From: Azolla caroliniana
Taxonomy: Eukaryota; Plantae; Polypodiophyta
Assembly (NCBI GenBank): GCA_043228905.1
Contig: JBHGNT010000010.1
Span: 2,914,001-2,978,000 of the forward strand
DNA: 64,000 nucleotides
Direction of reading: 5' to 3'
In this document: in pieces, positions 36,680 to 50,600 of the stretch
Layout of the letters: each line of letters opens with the position of its first letter
How positions within the stretch are numbered: the first letter of the stretch is position 1
The notes under the pieces: generated by a model
Seen by the model: only the letters and a program-made list of their open reading frames with translations
What the model was told of the DNA's origin: nothing
The model's database searches: none
Translations under genes and position numbers: made by a program

Positions 36680-38684
36680 ATAATAATATATCCATAGCTT
36701 CCATTTCTCCTTAATCTGAAGAAGCAAGCAAGACCAGACAGACAGACAGACGTGCCGAGCTCATACGCCCCCCCCCGTCACACACTTGAAAAACTAACCT
36801 AACTCTGGAATCTTTCTCTTTTCTTCCTTCCCGATCCATCCCATTCTTCTCATCCTTCCCATTCCCAGATCTGTCTTCGTCTAATTCTCCGCCTGGAGGG
36901 AGTCCTTCTCTCGCCACAGGTTTCTGAAACGAAGTCTCCATTCTCCTTCTGGAGGCCTTCACTCGCGACGGGTTTCTGATACGAAGGACTCTTTTCTTTA
37001 ACCAACCGTAACCTGAATCAACCTTCCGAACGGATCCTTCCATCTTATCCAGGTACTCTACTTTCCCTACTCAAGCCTTGTAATGCTAATGATCAAGAAT
37101 TCGATGCAAGAGACGTGTTTTGTTGACAACGATTTCGCTTCATTCAAAGCGTCTTTTCTCCTAACAAAATGCTGGGATTCATACTCAAATGAAGCCTTCA
37201 CCTCATCAAACTATTCTTTTTTCTTAATCAATTTAAATATAGATCAATGCAATAGTATTTTCTTTAACAAAGATGTATTTTCTAACTACGATTTAGCTTC
37301 ATTTCTTTACCAAACGCACCTAGATTGATCTTCAAATGGAAAATTTCGTGCAAAAAGTACTCGTTTTTTGCCAAGGATCAATGATTCAATGCCAGGGGAA
37401 TTTCGTTAATAAAGATAAAAGAACGTTTAGCTTTAAGAACGATGATTTAGCTTCATTCAAGAGGACTTTCTTTGACAGCTCACTGAAAACAATCTTAAAC
37501 CCTTCATATTGTCAAATGTACTTCAATTTCTAGACTTAAGGTTTTCAAGTATTCAATGCACAAGGTTTTTCTTTTACAAACATAATGGAAGCTTCAAAAA
37601 GTTTATCTTCCAACAAAGTCTTCGTCTTGCTAAGGTGGTTCGGATACTATTTTCTATGCACTCATTTGTGTTTGAATGGAATTCTCTGCAATTCCAGGAT
37701 CCAGAATTCATTCAAAGAGGTGTTTCTTCAACAAGATAGATTCAATGAATCAATGCAAGGAGACTGTTCTTTAACAATCATCTAGCCTTAACAAACATGC
37801 CCCAAATAGGTACTTGTTGTTTTGATTCAGACTTAACCCAAAGGTTAAGGAATTAAAATACACGAGGACACTTTTCTTTAGCAATGATCCACCTATGACA
37901 AAAATGCCAAGATTGATTTTCAAACGGAGGCTTGCATCTTGCAACAGTACTCTTTTATGTGCCTCCAAATGTAAAGTCAAGAGAAGTTTCTGCGATTTCA
38001 AGATCTAGGATTTGTTGAATTAAAATTTCCTTTGTCAGTACACTGAAATTGATCTTCAAGGGGCAGTTTCTTTTGCTTACATGTGTATATTCAAGGGAAG
38101 TTCTCAACAATTTTTGCTTGTATATCAATCCAAGGGGCTTTTCTTTCAGAAAACACTAAATTTGATCTTCAAAGGAGCCATTTTATGATTCCTTGATTGA
38201 GGATTCAATTCAGAGGCCTTTCCCTCGACAGCACATATAAACCTTTATTAAATAGGGTGGGTTTCTTGCCAATATAATAAAATTTCATGGGAATTTTCAC
38301 AATTCCAGGACAATCGAAGAGGCAGTCAAATAGAACTTTGTCTTGCCATGGTGCTTGGTTTTTCTCTGCTTCTAAACTGAAAGGAATTTCACTATTGGTG
38401 TATTTATATTTAAGTCCAAGTTAACAGCACATGTAAATCGATCATCAAACAGATCCTTCATCCTGTCAAGTTACTCATTTTTTAACAATTGTAAACTCAA
38501 GGGAATTTCTACAGTTCCAGGATCAAGGATTACATCCACTGCAAAACTTTTCTAGTGACAGTTTTGAGAGAGTAGAAATTCTGGTGCTAGGTGTGTTACT
38601 GGGTTTTAAATTTATGTTCAATGCTCTTTGGGGACCAAAGCAAAATCACTCAGGTTTTGATGTATTTATTCCATCAAGTCATCA

Positions 38685-41600
38685 ATGGAGCTCACACCGG
38701 CCAAGTTTTTGGCCCTATTCTTGTTCCTATCAGTGGCAGGACGCCTTCTCTTTATGTAAGTTCCATGTTTCTTTAACTTCTGTATATTACTTTCATATGA
38801 AAGCTCATCATGCAAACGTGCAATGTTTGCAGTTTTGCAGCAAGATTAGCGTCATGGATTCTTGGCAGGATGATTGGTGCACAGATTAAATTTCGTTTTG
38901 GTGGTTTGAACTCTCTCAGAGACATAACTTTAAACTTTAAGAAGGTAATAATATTAATGCAATGTTATTCAAAAGAATAGGAGTATTATTATCAAAACTG
39001 ACAAATTCTTGAATACTGTCTAACATGGAACTTCCCAAGGAACTAGAATAAAATTTCAAAATAAATTGTAAGTCTACTTGGCTAGAAACTTAACTGAGAG
39101 CATGAGTAAAATGAAAGAGCCCCATGTAATCATGAAGATCTCTATCATCCCCAGTCTCACAAAATCTCATTTTAATCTGTCTCACGGTCCTCTATGAATA
39201 TGCATATTATTGTCTCTAAGGCAGATATCATCTCTGATCCATGGCTATCCGACATATGGAAGTCTGAATGTACCATGTTGTGCTGATACTGACAAAGAGC
39301 CCTCATTGCAAGTAGGTAGGCAGCAGTCCAAGTTTGTATATAATCGACCATCTCAATCCACCTGTCACACCTAGGCAATGCTCCCATTTATTTCCTCATA
39401 GTTCAATGCATTTCCGGCATCACAATCTAGTGAATGCCCTCCAGATGACATGCATCTCCTTAAAACCTAATTAAATAATTTCCCATGCAAGGAATTTTAA
39501 GATTGCATTGTAAAAGACATAAGTGTAGGGTTGGTAAATTACTTTATTCTTTGGGTCAGGTTGTGCAGCTCTGGAATCTTTGCACGAATGATTGAAACAT
39601 GTACATATCTTGTCAAATCCCGATATGAACGAATATTCATGTTATCTGGATCATAAGGCCCAATTGATTAAAAACTGGACGTAAAGATTAACTTGGTTTC
39701 ACTTTTACTATTTTAGTGCATCGAAGGATTAATTTAAGTTCTTGGTTATATTTCATCAGAACTCTAGTATTTTTTCTTCATTTCTCAAATCTGCTGCTCT
39801 CATTTTTTATTTCTGGCATGGGTTCTTCATTTATCTTTGTGATATTGTATTAATTCGTTGCCTCAGTTCACGCAAGTTTATGGGCCTGGTGTTATAACTA
39901 TACAAAGTATCTCAGATGTCTATATAAAGTAAACACTACCGAACCTGTGTTAAGTATATTATAATGAGAGGCTTGCTGTCTGATCTGTTTCAATATTTCA
40001 ATGCTGCAGGGAGCCTTAGAATCACTTGTCATTGGCGAAGTGAGATTACTTACATGGAGGCCTTCAAGAGATTCTCAAAATAATGAATTGGCAAGGAGCT
40101 GTGTGTTCCAGGTTCTATTTTATGATGCTGAGATTGTCATCAGGAAGAACTCTAAACAGAGTTCTAAAAAAGGCCATCATCAGAAAAGACATTCATATAG
40201 TCATGGAAAATGGATGATTTTTGCTAATCTTGCTAAGTATGTTACAGTATCGGTGGCGGAACTACTGGTTCAGGTTATTGCCAAACTTATTTATCATGTT
40301 GCACCTGATTTATTTGAGTTATTTTCGTGCTCGGTCATAAATAGTGGTGCACTTTGATTCATGTATGAAGTCCATAAGTCTGTCTTGTGGAATCTCTAAT
40401 GAGATAGTTTCAGGTCATTAAAATCTGTCTTGTGGAATCTCTAATGAGATAGTTTCAGGTCATTGTCTCTGATATATAGCATGGAAAAATATGTTAAGCC
40501 CTTAAAATCTGGCCTGAAGAAGGTCAGTCATGACACATGCAATCTCTTGCATGTATCTGTGTGGGTGAGGATAGCTTCTACCAAGGAGTTGAATACAGTT
40601 GATCCCAAATATATATTACAAATCAATGCGAGATCCTCCAGAGTAGGAATAGTTCTCTATTGTGACAATGCCTCCCCTGCTGTTTTACTGCATAGGTATG
40701 CTTATTTTAACAGGATTTGGTTTGGAATGATCTGTTGCTTGGAGATTGAACTATTATGTATATATCTGTGTGTTCATATTGTGCGCTTAATATAAAGTTG
40801 GTTCTTGTATTTGAATGATGATGTTTTGAATGTAGCATTCAGGAAATAATGGATAAGAAGAAAGTCCCAGGCTTTGTTTATTTTGAATCTTATTGTTAAC
40901 TTTTTAGCTCATCTATTTGATTTACTTTTCTTTGTTAAAAGAAACACTGTACTCCTGTTGCTTTTCTTTGTGCAATATGGATGTTTTATAATTTCTGCAG
41001 CTACCTGATTGGACATTTGAAGTAAAAGAGCTTGAGTTGGGGATGGATGGCGATGAATCAGGCCTCTCTGTTCTTGACATGAAGCTATTGCTAACAGCTT
41101 GTAATATCCATGAAAGAGAAGACCGTAGCTATGACAATTCTTTGAGTTTTGGACAGAGGGTTCTCACTATTGGGGGATTAGGAAGTGTTGCTGATGGACC
41201 CTCTGCAGTATGTTCAGTCGAGCATCTCTGCATAAGCAGCATCTGTGGTCATGGAAGGTATTGTTGTAAGAAAGAAACAGTTAGACCTGATTTATGCAAG
41301 TCCTTAATTTGTCTGATGACATTGATTGCAGAGAAAAAGGTATGGTCATTAAGCAATTAGATGTGATATTTGGAGATATTTTCGTGGATGTGGATGAGGA
41401 GTTATTGTGCAAGAAATTATTTGCATCCGACAACACAGGAACACAGCCTAGTGCCCATCCTCAAGAACCAATTGCAGCAATGCAGCCTGTCGAAAAGGGA
41501 CACTCTCATTTCTTAACAAATGTTCCTGAGAAAGTAGGTGACACCAAAGTGTACCTGTTATGAACATAATTTGTAACTATATTATTAGGAGTTAATCAAG

Positions 41601-44600
41601 CCAAGAGTAGGCTTGTTAATTTTTTACAGCCTTCTCTAACCTTAATTAATTAACTCCTAATATTACAGCTATATGAAACTCATGACTCCACAAAACTTTT
41701 CTCATGTGAATTCTTATGCAAAATATCACAATTTTTATTAAAAATCTGTGAGCAATTTGAACAATTTTATTTCACGAATGAATAACGATTTATGTATCTG
41801 TGTGCAGTCTATTGAGTTCCTAAAGGTTTTAATCATAAGTTCAGTGTACATATTTGATCCTGTTCTTAAGTGTTGATATAGTTTTTGATTTTCAGGTTTA
41901 CTAACCTTTTTTGTTCTATTCGTAGGCTAGTTTGAATATGCCAAGGTTGCTAATCAAGTGCAGTCATAAAGAAAAAGGATGCATATTGGAGAATGACATT
42001 ACAGGGGTTCAATTTGTTTGTGCTAAAGTCCAAAATGTGGATGATTTTGGTGGCCCCCTTTGTCACCTTGACATCCACGTCGATTCAGGGGAAATCCATG
42101 TATGTCAGCATCGAAATAAAGCACTTCATTTGTAATTGCACTGATGTGTTTTATGATGATTTATTCCATCTCATTCTCTAATATTTGGATTTCTAATTTC
42201 CGGTTACTGAATATGAATATTGCTTATGCTGTAGCTTCTTCGAGATGCTGACATGTCACTTGTGGAGATTATGAAAGCAGCTATTGTAGCTTCGCTTGAA
42301 ATTCCCAAGGAGGTAACCCCCTTTCCTTATACGTCTGTTTATTATGGGATATATACTTCCATGTTCATAAAATAGCTTAACCATTCTTTGATTGTGAGCA
42401 GACTAACAACACACTGCAAGTAGAGGTTGACTTAAAACTAGGAGGGGCTCAATGGAACATGCTCCCCAAAAAGTTCGAAAAATGGATAGATGTTGTGCAC
42501 ACTATTAAAGCCAAACATAGAATTTTGGACTCTTCGACAAAAAGAAAAACTAAGATATCGAAGAAGAGAATAAAGTGGACTTCTACTATTTCAGCACCAG
42601 AAATGGCAGTTTCTATGTATGACTTAGATGGCATTGTGCTATATAATGTATGCCCTCTACCACTTTAACGCATATATAATCTGTAAAGTAAGAAAAATGG
42701 GCCAAAATGGCCTTAATAGATTAACAAGAGCGCAAAAGTGGCGAATAAGACTGAAGCAGATATTACATCTTAAACTATTTTCTCATCTTTGAGTGCAACA
42801 AAACGAAATAAATATCATCAAATATGGTGTAGTATAAAATCTGCCTCTAGTTAAATATAGTGCACATAAGATTCTGAACTTAGATAGAGTGAAGTTTCTG
42901 CCTTCAGAGAATCCCCAACATGGGCATCTCAAAGGTGGAGAGATCTCCCAAAGTGAGGGAAGCATCTCCGATGCCAGGTGATAATGGTCTTTATTTGTCA
43001 ATGATCTTGTAGTCTAGATGGTCATGGCTTATGTGCATGACAAATTGCTATTGCTCAATCTATTGTAACCCCTTTTGAGTGGTGTAGCATTCGATTGACT
43101 TGTAGCATGAGGAGCGTTGAAGCTAAAGAAAGACATCATTCCTCTTTGTTGATGAGGTGGTGTGTTTTGCTTGTATTGTTGCCCTTCAACTTTTTTCTAT
43201 GTTACTTGAGTTCTAGCAAGAGTTGTCCTAAGCATCATTGGTCTTCATATTCCACTGCCTTGTATAGTGGGCCAAAGCCGTGTTCGACAAGGCATTGGTA
43301 TCTCTGTCTAATTTAATAAAAAACACCTGAATTTCACCCCCTGATGGCACAGTTGGCTGATGTGTTCTTCCATAGATTTGCGTGCGTATCTGCCTATCTC
43401 AACTGCAGAGGGCATGAGATGTGTATCTGTATAAGAAGGCCTGATAATATAGGTTCATGTGATGTGTACAAAAAGAGTGCCCTGTAGTGGGCCATCTTCC
43501 TTCCAAGAGATGTTGTGGGGCTGATCCATGTCCTTCCATAATCAAATTTAATGATTTGGATCTTCCTATCCATTTCCACTTTAGTTAATGCTTAGATGTG
43601 GATAATCAAAGCTGTATTGGATTGGAGATGGTGCATTTATATTTATGCCATGCATTTGGAACCATTCTAGGATTTCTATATATCAATAATGATTATGTCC
43701 TTGTCAAGCAAGCTGTTTTGATGAGATAATTGCCAGTCTTGAGCACCTTTGCTTCGGGAGCTCCTAAATTTGTTGAATATTGGTCACTGATAGAAATAAT
43801 GCCTCCGTCATTATTGGGGTTGCTCCCATCTCTGCCCACGTCATATAATGGGACACTGATGCCAAGAAAAAAACATATTTATGTGTATATATGTTCTATG
43901 TATATATACATTATATATATATGTTTATATATATTATATATACATATGTTTGTGTACATGTATATTTATGTGTGTATATATATTAATGCCTCTTTAGAGG
44001 CCAAAATGGCCTGTTAGGCCGAACAAGAAATCAATAAATTAAAGAAGTTGACAAGATTTTAATAATTTTTTTGTTTCAAAGTAGTACATTTGTGCTAATA
44101 TATATGTTAAATTGTCACAATGTTCCGTTTTGTCTTCTTTCAGATCGGTCTCCAGACTTCTCACATCTTTCTAAATTCTGCTTTGAACCAAAACACTGGT
44201 GTTCATACAGAACTTGGGGAGCTCCATGTGTATAAGGTTGACGAGCAGCATAACTTTCATAAAAATTTATTTGGTATAGATACAAGTCCAAACTGCTTGT
44301 TGCAGATCTCGAGAGTGATAGTTGATTGGGATGTAAGTGAACCTGATTATGGAGAGAATGAAAATGAGCAAAAGAAAGGCATCTTGATAGTTGAAGTCTC
44401 AGGGATCAGTATGTATCTGACATTAAATCGGCTACAATCGTTCCTTTCTTCTTGCATGAGTATTATATTTCATTTCAAGCGTACCTTAAATATAGGACAG
44501 AAGCACAAACCAGGCAAGGAAAGCATGAAGAGAAAAGCTAAAGGAAAAATTTCTAAGTTTAAAATATTAATCGAAGGGATTTCTATTCAGTATTGTGCAG

Positions 44601-47600
44601 AGATGCTCATAATTGATGAGGATGTCCCAGATCCTAAAAAAGTGAACTTTGGCAGTAATGTTGGCGAGATGGTCTATCAAACCAATAAGGATGGAAAACC
44701 GAGGACAGCCAGTATCAAGGTAGCAAAGTTCCGTGGTATCGAGGCGACTACGTTGGTATATAAATCAAGCATTGATATTGCACATTTGCAGTTGCTCATT
44801 GGTTCTAATAAGGATGACACTCAAGTAGATTTTCAACGATTAAGAGGCATATATCAAGAGCTTGAACCACAGATGAAACCAGTCACTGAAATTACCTTTG
44901 CATCGTTGGAAAATGGGCAAATAATTTACCGGATGATCGATGCAGGGAATGGACTTCCTGATTGTTTAATTTGTATTTCCAACCTTCGAGGTCGGTGGGA
45001 ACCTGATATACATTTATTTTTTCTTGATGCCTTCATGCACTTGAAGTCCTTCCTTGAAAAACAGAAGAAAAAGTATTCTATGAATTCTGATCCCTCAGCT
45101 TTAGGAAATAGTTATGGTGATCGTGATGTTTTTGAGAAAGGTTCCAAACGCAGTATGACTGTGGCTGTTGATCTTGAACAGGTTTATTTCTCAGCTGCAC
45201 TTGCTGATGGGGTAGATGCATCTCTTTCTGTTTCATCCACATTTTCAGAAGATTTTAAAGTTGGAATTCTTCTCGAAGAGATGAAGGTGATGTTAAATGG
45301 TGCAGCAGTGATTAGAAGCAAACGCTTGCAGATAGCAAAAGTGCCATGCTTTATTCAGAATAAAAGGGAAAATACAGATTCACAAGAATGTTCTAAATGT
45401 GGGACTGAAATTTCCAGTTCTTGGGATTATCTCATTCAAGGTGCTGGGGTGCGTATCATTTTGCCATACAAACTAGAGTGCAGAGCAATTGATGATGCAA
45501 TTGAAGATACCTGGAGGGGCTTGAAGCTGGTCATGGTGGCAAACAAGATGATCACTACTGGCCCATTGAGTCAGAAGTCAAAATTGGAACAAAAATCTTC
45601 AATGAGATCTTCTGTTGGTGCTGTAAAGTTTTCATTAGAGAGTATAACAGCTGAAATTGAGGAGGAGCCTCTGCAAGGATGGCTTGATGAGCATCATCAT
45701 TTGATAAGCAAACAGAGAATTGAGCTGGATGTAAGGGAGCGTTTGTTAGATGAGATTTTCTCAGGAAATTGTAGAATGGGTGTTAGGGGCACCCGTTCTG
45801 ACAATTCTTTCTCTAATGTGTGTGAATTTGATGGGAATGAATTGGATTTTTCTGATCCTTCCATTTATGGAAAGCTCAAAGAGAGGCTGCAAACACAAGG
45901 TTTTGAGGCTTATAAAAGGGCATGCAAAGCATTACAACCGTATCAGAGCTCTGGATCTGTTAGAAGTCCATTTCAATCAGGATTCAAGCCAAGTGTAAAC
46001 AGGGGATCTCTTATGTCAATAAAAGCTTCTAATTTAGAGGTCACTCTGGTGGATATTGAAGGTGGAAAACTTGGGATGATTGAACAGATAAAGAAATTGG
46101 ATTGTGTTCCTTCAGAAACAGAGATACCTTACTCCAGGGTCTTAGGTAAGCGTGTGAATATCACGACATCATTGCTTGTTGTGCAGCTCAGGAACTACAC
46201 TCTCCCAATTCTTTCAGGTGAAGGGGGAAAATGTAATGGGCAGTTAATATTTGCTCGACAGGTAAGAACTTTAAACCTGTAATATATTATGTCATGGTTG
46301 GCTTGTCCTTGACCCAGGTTCATAACAAATGAATGTTTTGCAGGCTACTTGTTTTCCCAATCAAATACCTCAGGCGTTGTATATTGGTCGATGGCGGAAA
46401 ATTACAATGTTACGATCAGAGAGTGGCACCACACCACCTTTTAAAATGTTTTCAGAATTGCCTATTGAGTTTGATAAAGCAGAGGTGGCCTATGGTGTAG
46501 GATTTGAACCATTGCTTACAGATATAAGTTATGCTTTTACAGTTGCTTTAAGAAGAGACGATCTGAGTGTGCATGATTTGGATGATTCAGATAAAACTAA
46601 TGGCAACTTTTATCAGATAAACACATATGCCAAATACAGGGCATCTCAACCTGTGAAAAAAGAAAGAAACCTACCTTGGTGGGATGACATGCGATATTAT
46701 ATACATGGGAAGAATTCTATTTTCGCAAAGCAGTTTAAGTGGGTATTCTTGGCAAATACGAATCCCTATGAAGATAAAGACATGATGAAGATTGAAGCCG
46801 AGTCTATGCACATTCAGCATCAAGAGGGAAGCCTATCCTTTTCTGCAAAGAACTTTAATCTGAGCATTACCAGCTCAAAAAATAAAGTGGATCAAAGAAA
46901 TTGTAGCACACCAATCAAAGAAAAACAGGGTTGCATTGAGTCACCTTTTTTCCAACTTGATATCACTATGGATTGGGATTGTGAGACAGGGAATCCTCAG
47001 TTTCATTATTTACATGCATTTCCAGAAGATCTTGTAGTGCGAGAAAAGGTATATGATCCTTTCCGTTCAACGTCGTTGGTTCTCAGATGGGACTTCCACC
47101 TAGGAGATGCGATATCAGTAGAACAATTCACCTCATTGCTAGGTGAAATGGGTCACAATTCCTTCAGATTCACACCAGCATATTCTCCTAGGTCAAGCAT
47201 ACGCCGATATCCCAAAGAATCTTCTCAGTCTTTCCATAAAACAGGAAATTGGCTTGATGTTCCAACAATGTCCATTGCTGGTCATGATTTAGCTTGGATA
47301 TTCAGGTGGTGGAGTACAATGTACAGTCCTCCACACAAGCTCCGCACATTCTCAAAGTGGCCAACATTTGGCTTGCCTAGGGTGCCTCGGTCAGGGAATC
47401 TCTCTCTCGACAAAGTTCTGACAGATTTTATGTTGCGAGTTGATTCAATTCCAACCAAAATCAAGCATATTACATTACATAGAGATGATCCTGCAAAGGG
47501 GCTTACCTTCAGTATGAGAAGATTAAAATATGAGCTTTGGTATAGTCGAGGTGGGCAACGATACACATCTGATAGTAAACGTGATATTCTGGAGCTTGTT

Positions 47601-50600
47601 TATCAAGGTTTAAATTTGGACAAGCTGAAGGCAGAATTACAGAGAGAATCAGACATGCAGATCAAATTAACCGAGGGATCAGAGAGAGTGTCCTCTAGAA
47701 CAACACAAGATGCAATATTATCCACAACTTCAACAGAAAGCAGTTTTTTCTTCACAACCGAGTATTTTTCACTGCTGAAACAGGCCCCCAAGGCTGATAC
47801 CTCTCGATTATCTTCTTGGCGAGAAGCAGCTTGTAGATCATCTTCTAGGGGTGCTGTGGAGTTTCCACAGGACACTGGAAATGATCCAAATATATCCGAT
47901 GCAAGTGACGGTGATGATTTCATTGTTTTGTCAGACAACTGTTTGCGTGTTTCATTGCATAGTCTCAGACTACTGTGGACTATATCTAATAGGGATGCAG
48001 TTTGGGCTTGGGTAGAAAACATCCACAAAGCTTTTGAGTCACCAAAGCCTTCTCCATCCAGGCAGTATGCTAGGAAAATACTGGAAAAGCAAAATAAGTT
48101 AATGGAGGCTGAATTAGGATTGGAAGAAGGATCAAGTTCTGGATCTGCAACTTTGCAGAATAGGGGACCTAGTGCCACTCCATCTCAACAACTTCCCAAC
48201 TCATCCCCTGTCAGGAGAAGTATTAACTCTACTGATGGTAGTCAAGGTATGATATTTGTGGACATAATCGATGTAGATTTTAACCGAGGTTCTTTCTCAT
48301 GGTTGTATGCTAGTAAGATATAGTCATTGCAGTACCAAGTTTTTTCGTTTCTGTCTTATATGCAATCTCAAAACTTATGTGTATGTATAATCCATTGTTA
48401 CATCTTACATATGCATAGATGCATTTGGTAGTTTGATACACATTTTCTATTTGAACCTTTCGCGACCGTTTCCTACCTTATTCATTCTCATCTAAATTGG
48501 AAGGTATGGACTAGACAGAAAATTACATTATCGATCCTAGAACTTAAGCCAGCTCACTTCTGTTATTGTCATATACATCCTTTGTGCATCCATCCTTCAC
48601 CTCAAAGCCATATGATACAAGATATGTAGAAACGGTTTGGAAGGTGGGATGTAACGCACTTGCTTCATGCTGCATCGATAGATTCCATTGTGAATGAGGC
48701 CTTTTTGCTTCACACATACTATACTACATATGTTGCACCTAACTACAAAACCATGTTCTTTGCCGAATAGGGAAACCACACCCAACAATACATGATCAAG
48801 CCTATCCCATAGTTTGCCATCTGAACCATTGCTTCCATGCGATGTAGCTCACAGCACTACGATGTGAGATAGGGTGTTGGGGCACAAGTAATGAGAGTAA
48901 TCGACTATGCACACTTTGATACAATGCTCTACGTTTGCTTATATCCAACTATGCTTTCCACACATCTCCCACCAAACCCAATCCTAAAACAAATTTCTCT
49001 CACAGTCATAGTGTGCACTGAATTGTGACATTCATTAGTAAAGCTCTTGAATATTGAGAGTCGCTGCTCACTTTCACATGAATTACATGAAAATGTTATA
49101 GTTTTCGCTTGATAGATTATATTTGGCCTTTGAAGACGATAATAACATCTATCTATCAAAAATATTGAACTCTCTTATTTCGAGAATAAGAGAATGGACC
49201 CCTGTTGGGATCAAAGGCCCTTAGGTTTCTCTTATTAAACTAGAAAAACTTTTTTATATAATTTAATATTTATTTTATTTTATTACAGTTGTACAATCTC
49301 ATTGCCAGAACTGTACTACAATTTTAAAAGTATATTTTGTACTCTAAATGGCATCCTTGGACAAGATTCTCAGTCAACCTAGCTGTCTCATCAACATTTA
49401 AAGATCTTCCTTTAAGAGCATATTCTATGTATCTCGATTAACATGTATGTATGTGTGTGTGTACTCGTACATTGTACATCTTTTTTTGAAGAGGTGATCT
49501 TTTGTTTTGCAGAACAGTTTCTGCTTTCTTTAATCTCTACTGTGTTAAACCCCGTAATTGTTTTTACTTGCTATATCACTGCCTTTATATATCTATCATA
49601 AAACTTTCATTCGATCTTCAACTTGTGTACAACTGGTACCAGCGCGAGCATTGCATCCTTTCAGGATCTCCATTGCTTAATCTTCCACTTGGATGATGCA
49701 ACTTGGAAACTGCTAGATCATAAGGCAGTTGCCCACATTTACATGACAATTTTAGATGAAGTTTTAGGAAATATCAAGGGGCTGACTAGTGGTCATGAGG
49801 TGTAGAAAGAAAGATATATTAACATATTTTAAGAGGCCAAAATGGCCTATAAGACCAAACAAGAGATTACATCTTAAGTGTTGTCTCATCTTTGAGAACA
49901 AGAAATCAAAATAGAATAAGTATTACCTGGTAAATATAAAAGTAAATAAGATAAAAAATAGACGAGGGAATCTGGTTGTCGGCACATGTGAGATTCTCAA
50001 GTTAGATATATTGTAACTTTTGCCTTCGAAAGATCTCTAGCGTAGGCCAATCCAGAATGGAGAGGTCTTTGAAGCGAGGGAAGCACCCACGATGGCGGGA
50101 GATAATGGCCTTTATCTGTTGATGACAGGGGTGCTGCGGACATGGTCCATGGGGCCGGGGTCTATATGCATGACAAATTGCTATTGCCCGATTTATTGTT
50201 ACCCCTTTGTTCTGTCCTGGTCGGGAGCCCATTTATGTATCCCTTGATTGACTGGTAGCATTAGTAGGAGTGATGGGGCTAAAGAAAGTTGTGATTGTTC
50301 TTTGTGGATGAGCTTGTGTGGCTGTATTTTCGTCCTTCAACAACTTTTTCCTATGTCTCTTGAGTTCTAGCAAGAAAAGTCCTAGGCACCGTTGGTCCTC
50401 ATATTCCATTACCTTGCGTAGTGGGCCAAAGCCTTGTTTAAAGAGGCAATGGTATTTCCCTCTGATTTCATAAAGGACACTACAATGACAAACATAGTGT
50501 TCTTTGGATTCCACTCCTTGATGGCACAATTGGCAAATTCTTTCTTCTACAGGTATACGTGTGTATCTGCCTACCTCAATCTCTAACTGATGTGATGAAG

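Noticed and set aside
36369-37043. ORFs 36369-36683 (+) and 36711-37043 (-)
   Set aside because: Low-complexity promoter/5'-UTR sequence (the GAA run gives poly-R); no protein family signal.
40376-40464. ~45-bp intronic tandem duplication
   Set aside because: Ordinary local slippage with no further structure.
48600-48850. Possible BED-finger/hAT remnant ('VVRCNICSIVC')
   Set aside because: Too short and degraded to support; no TIRs seen.
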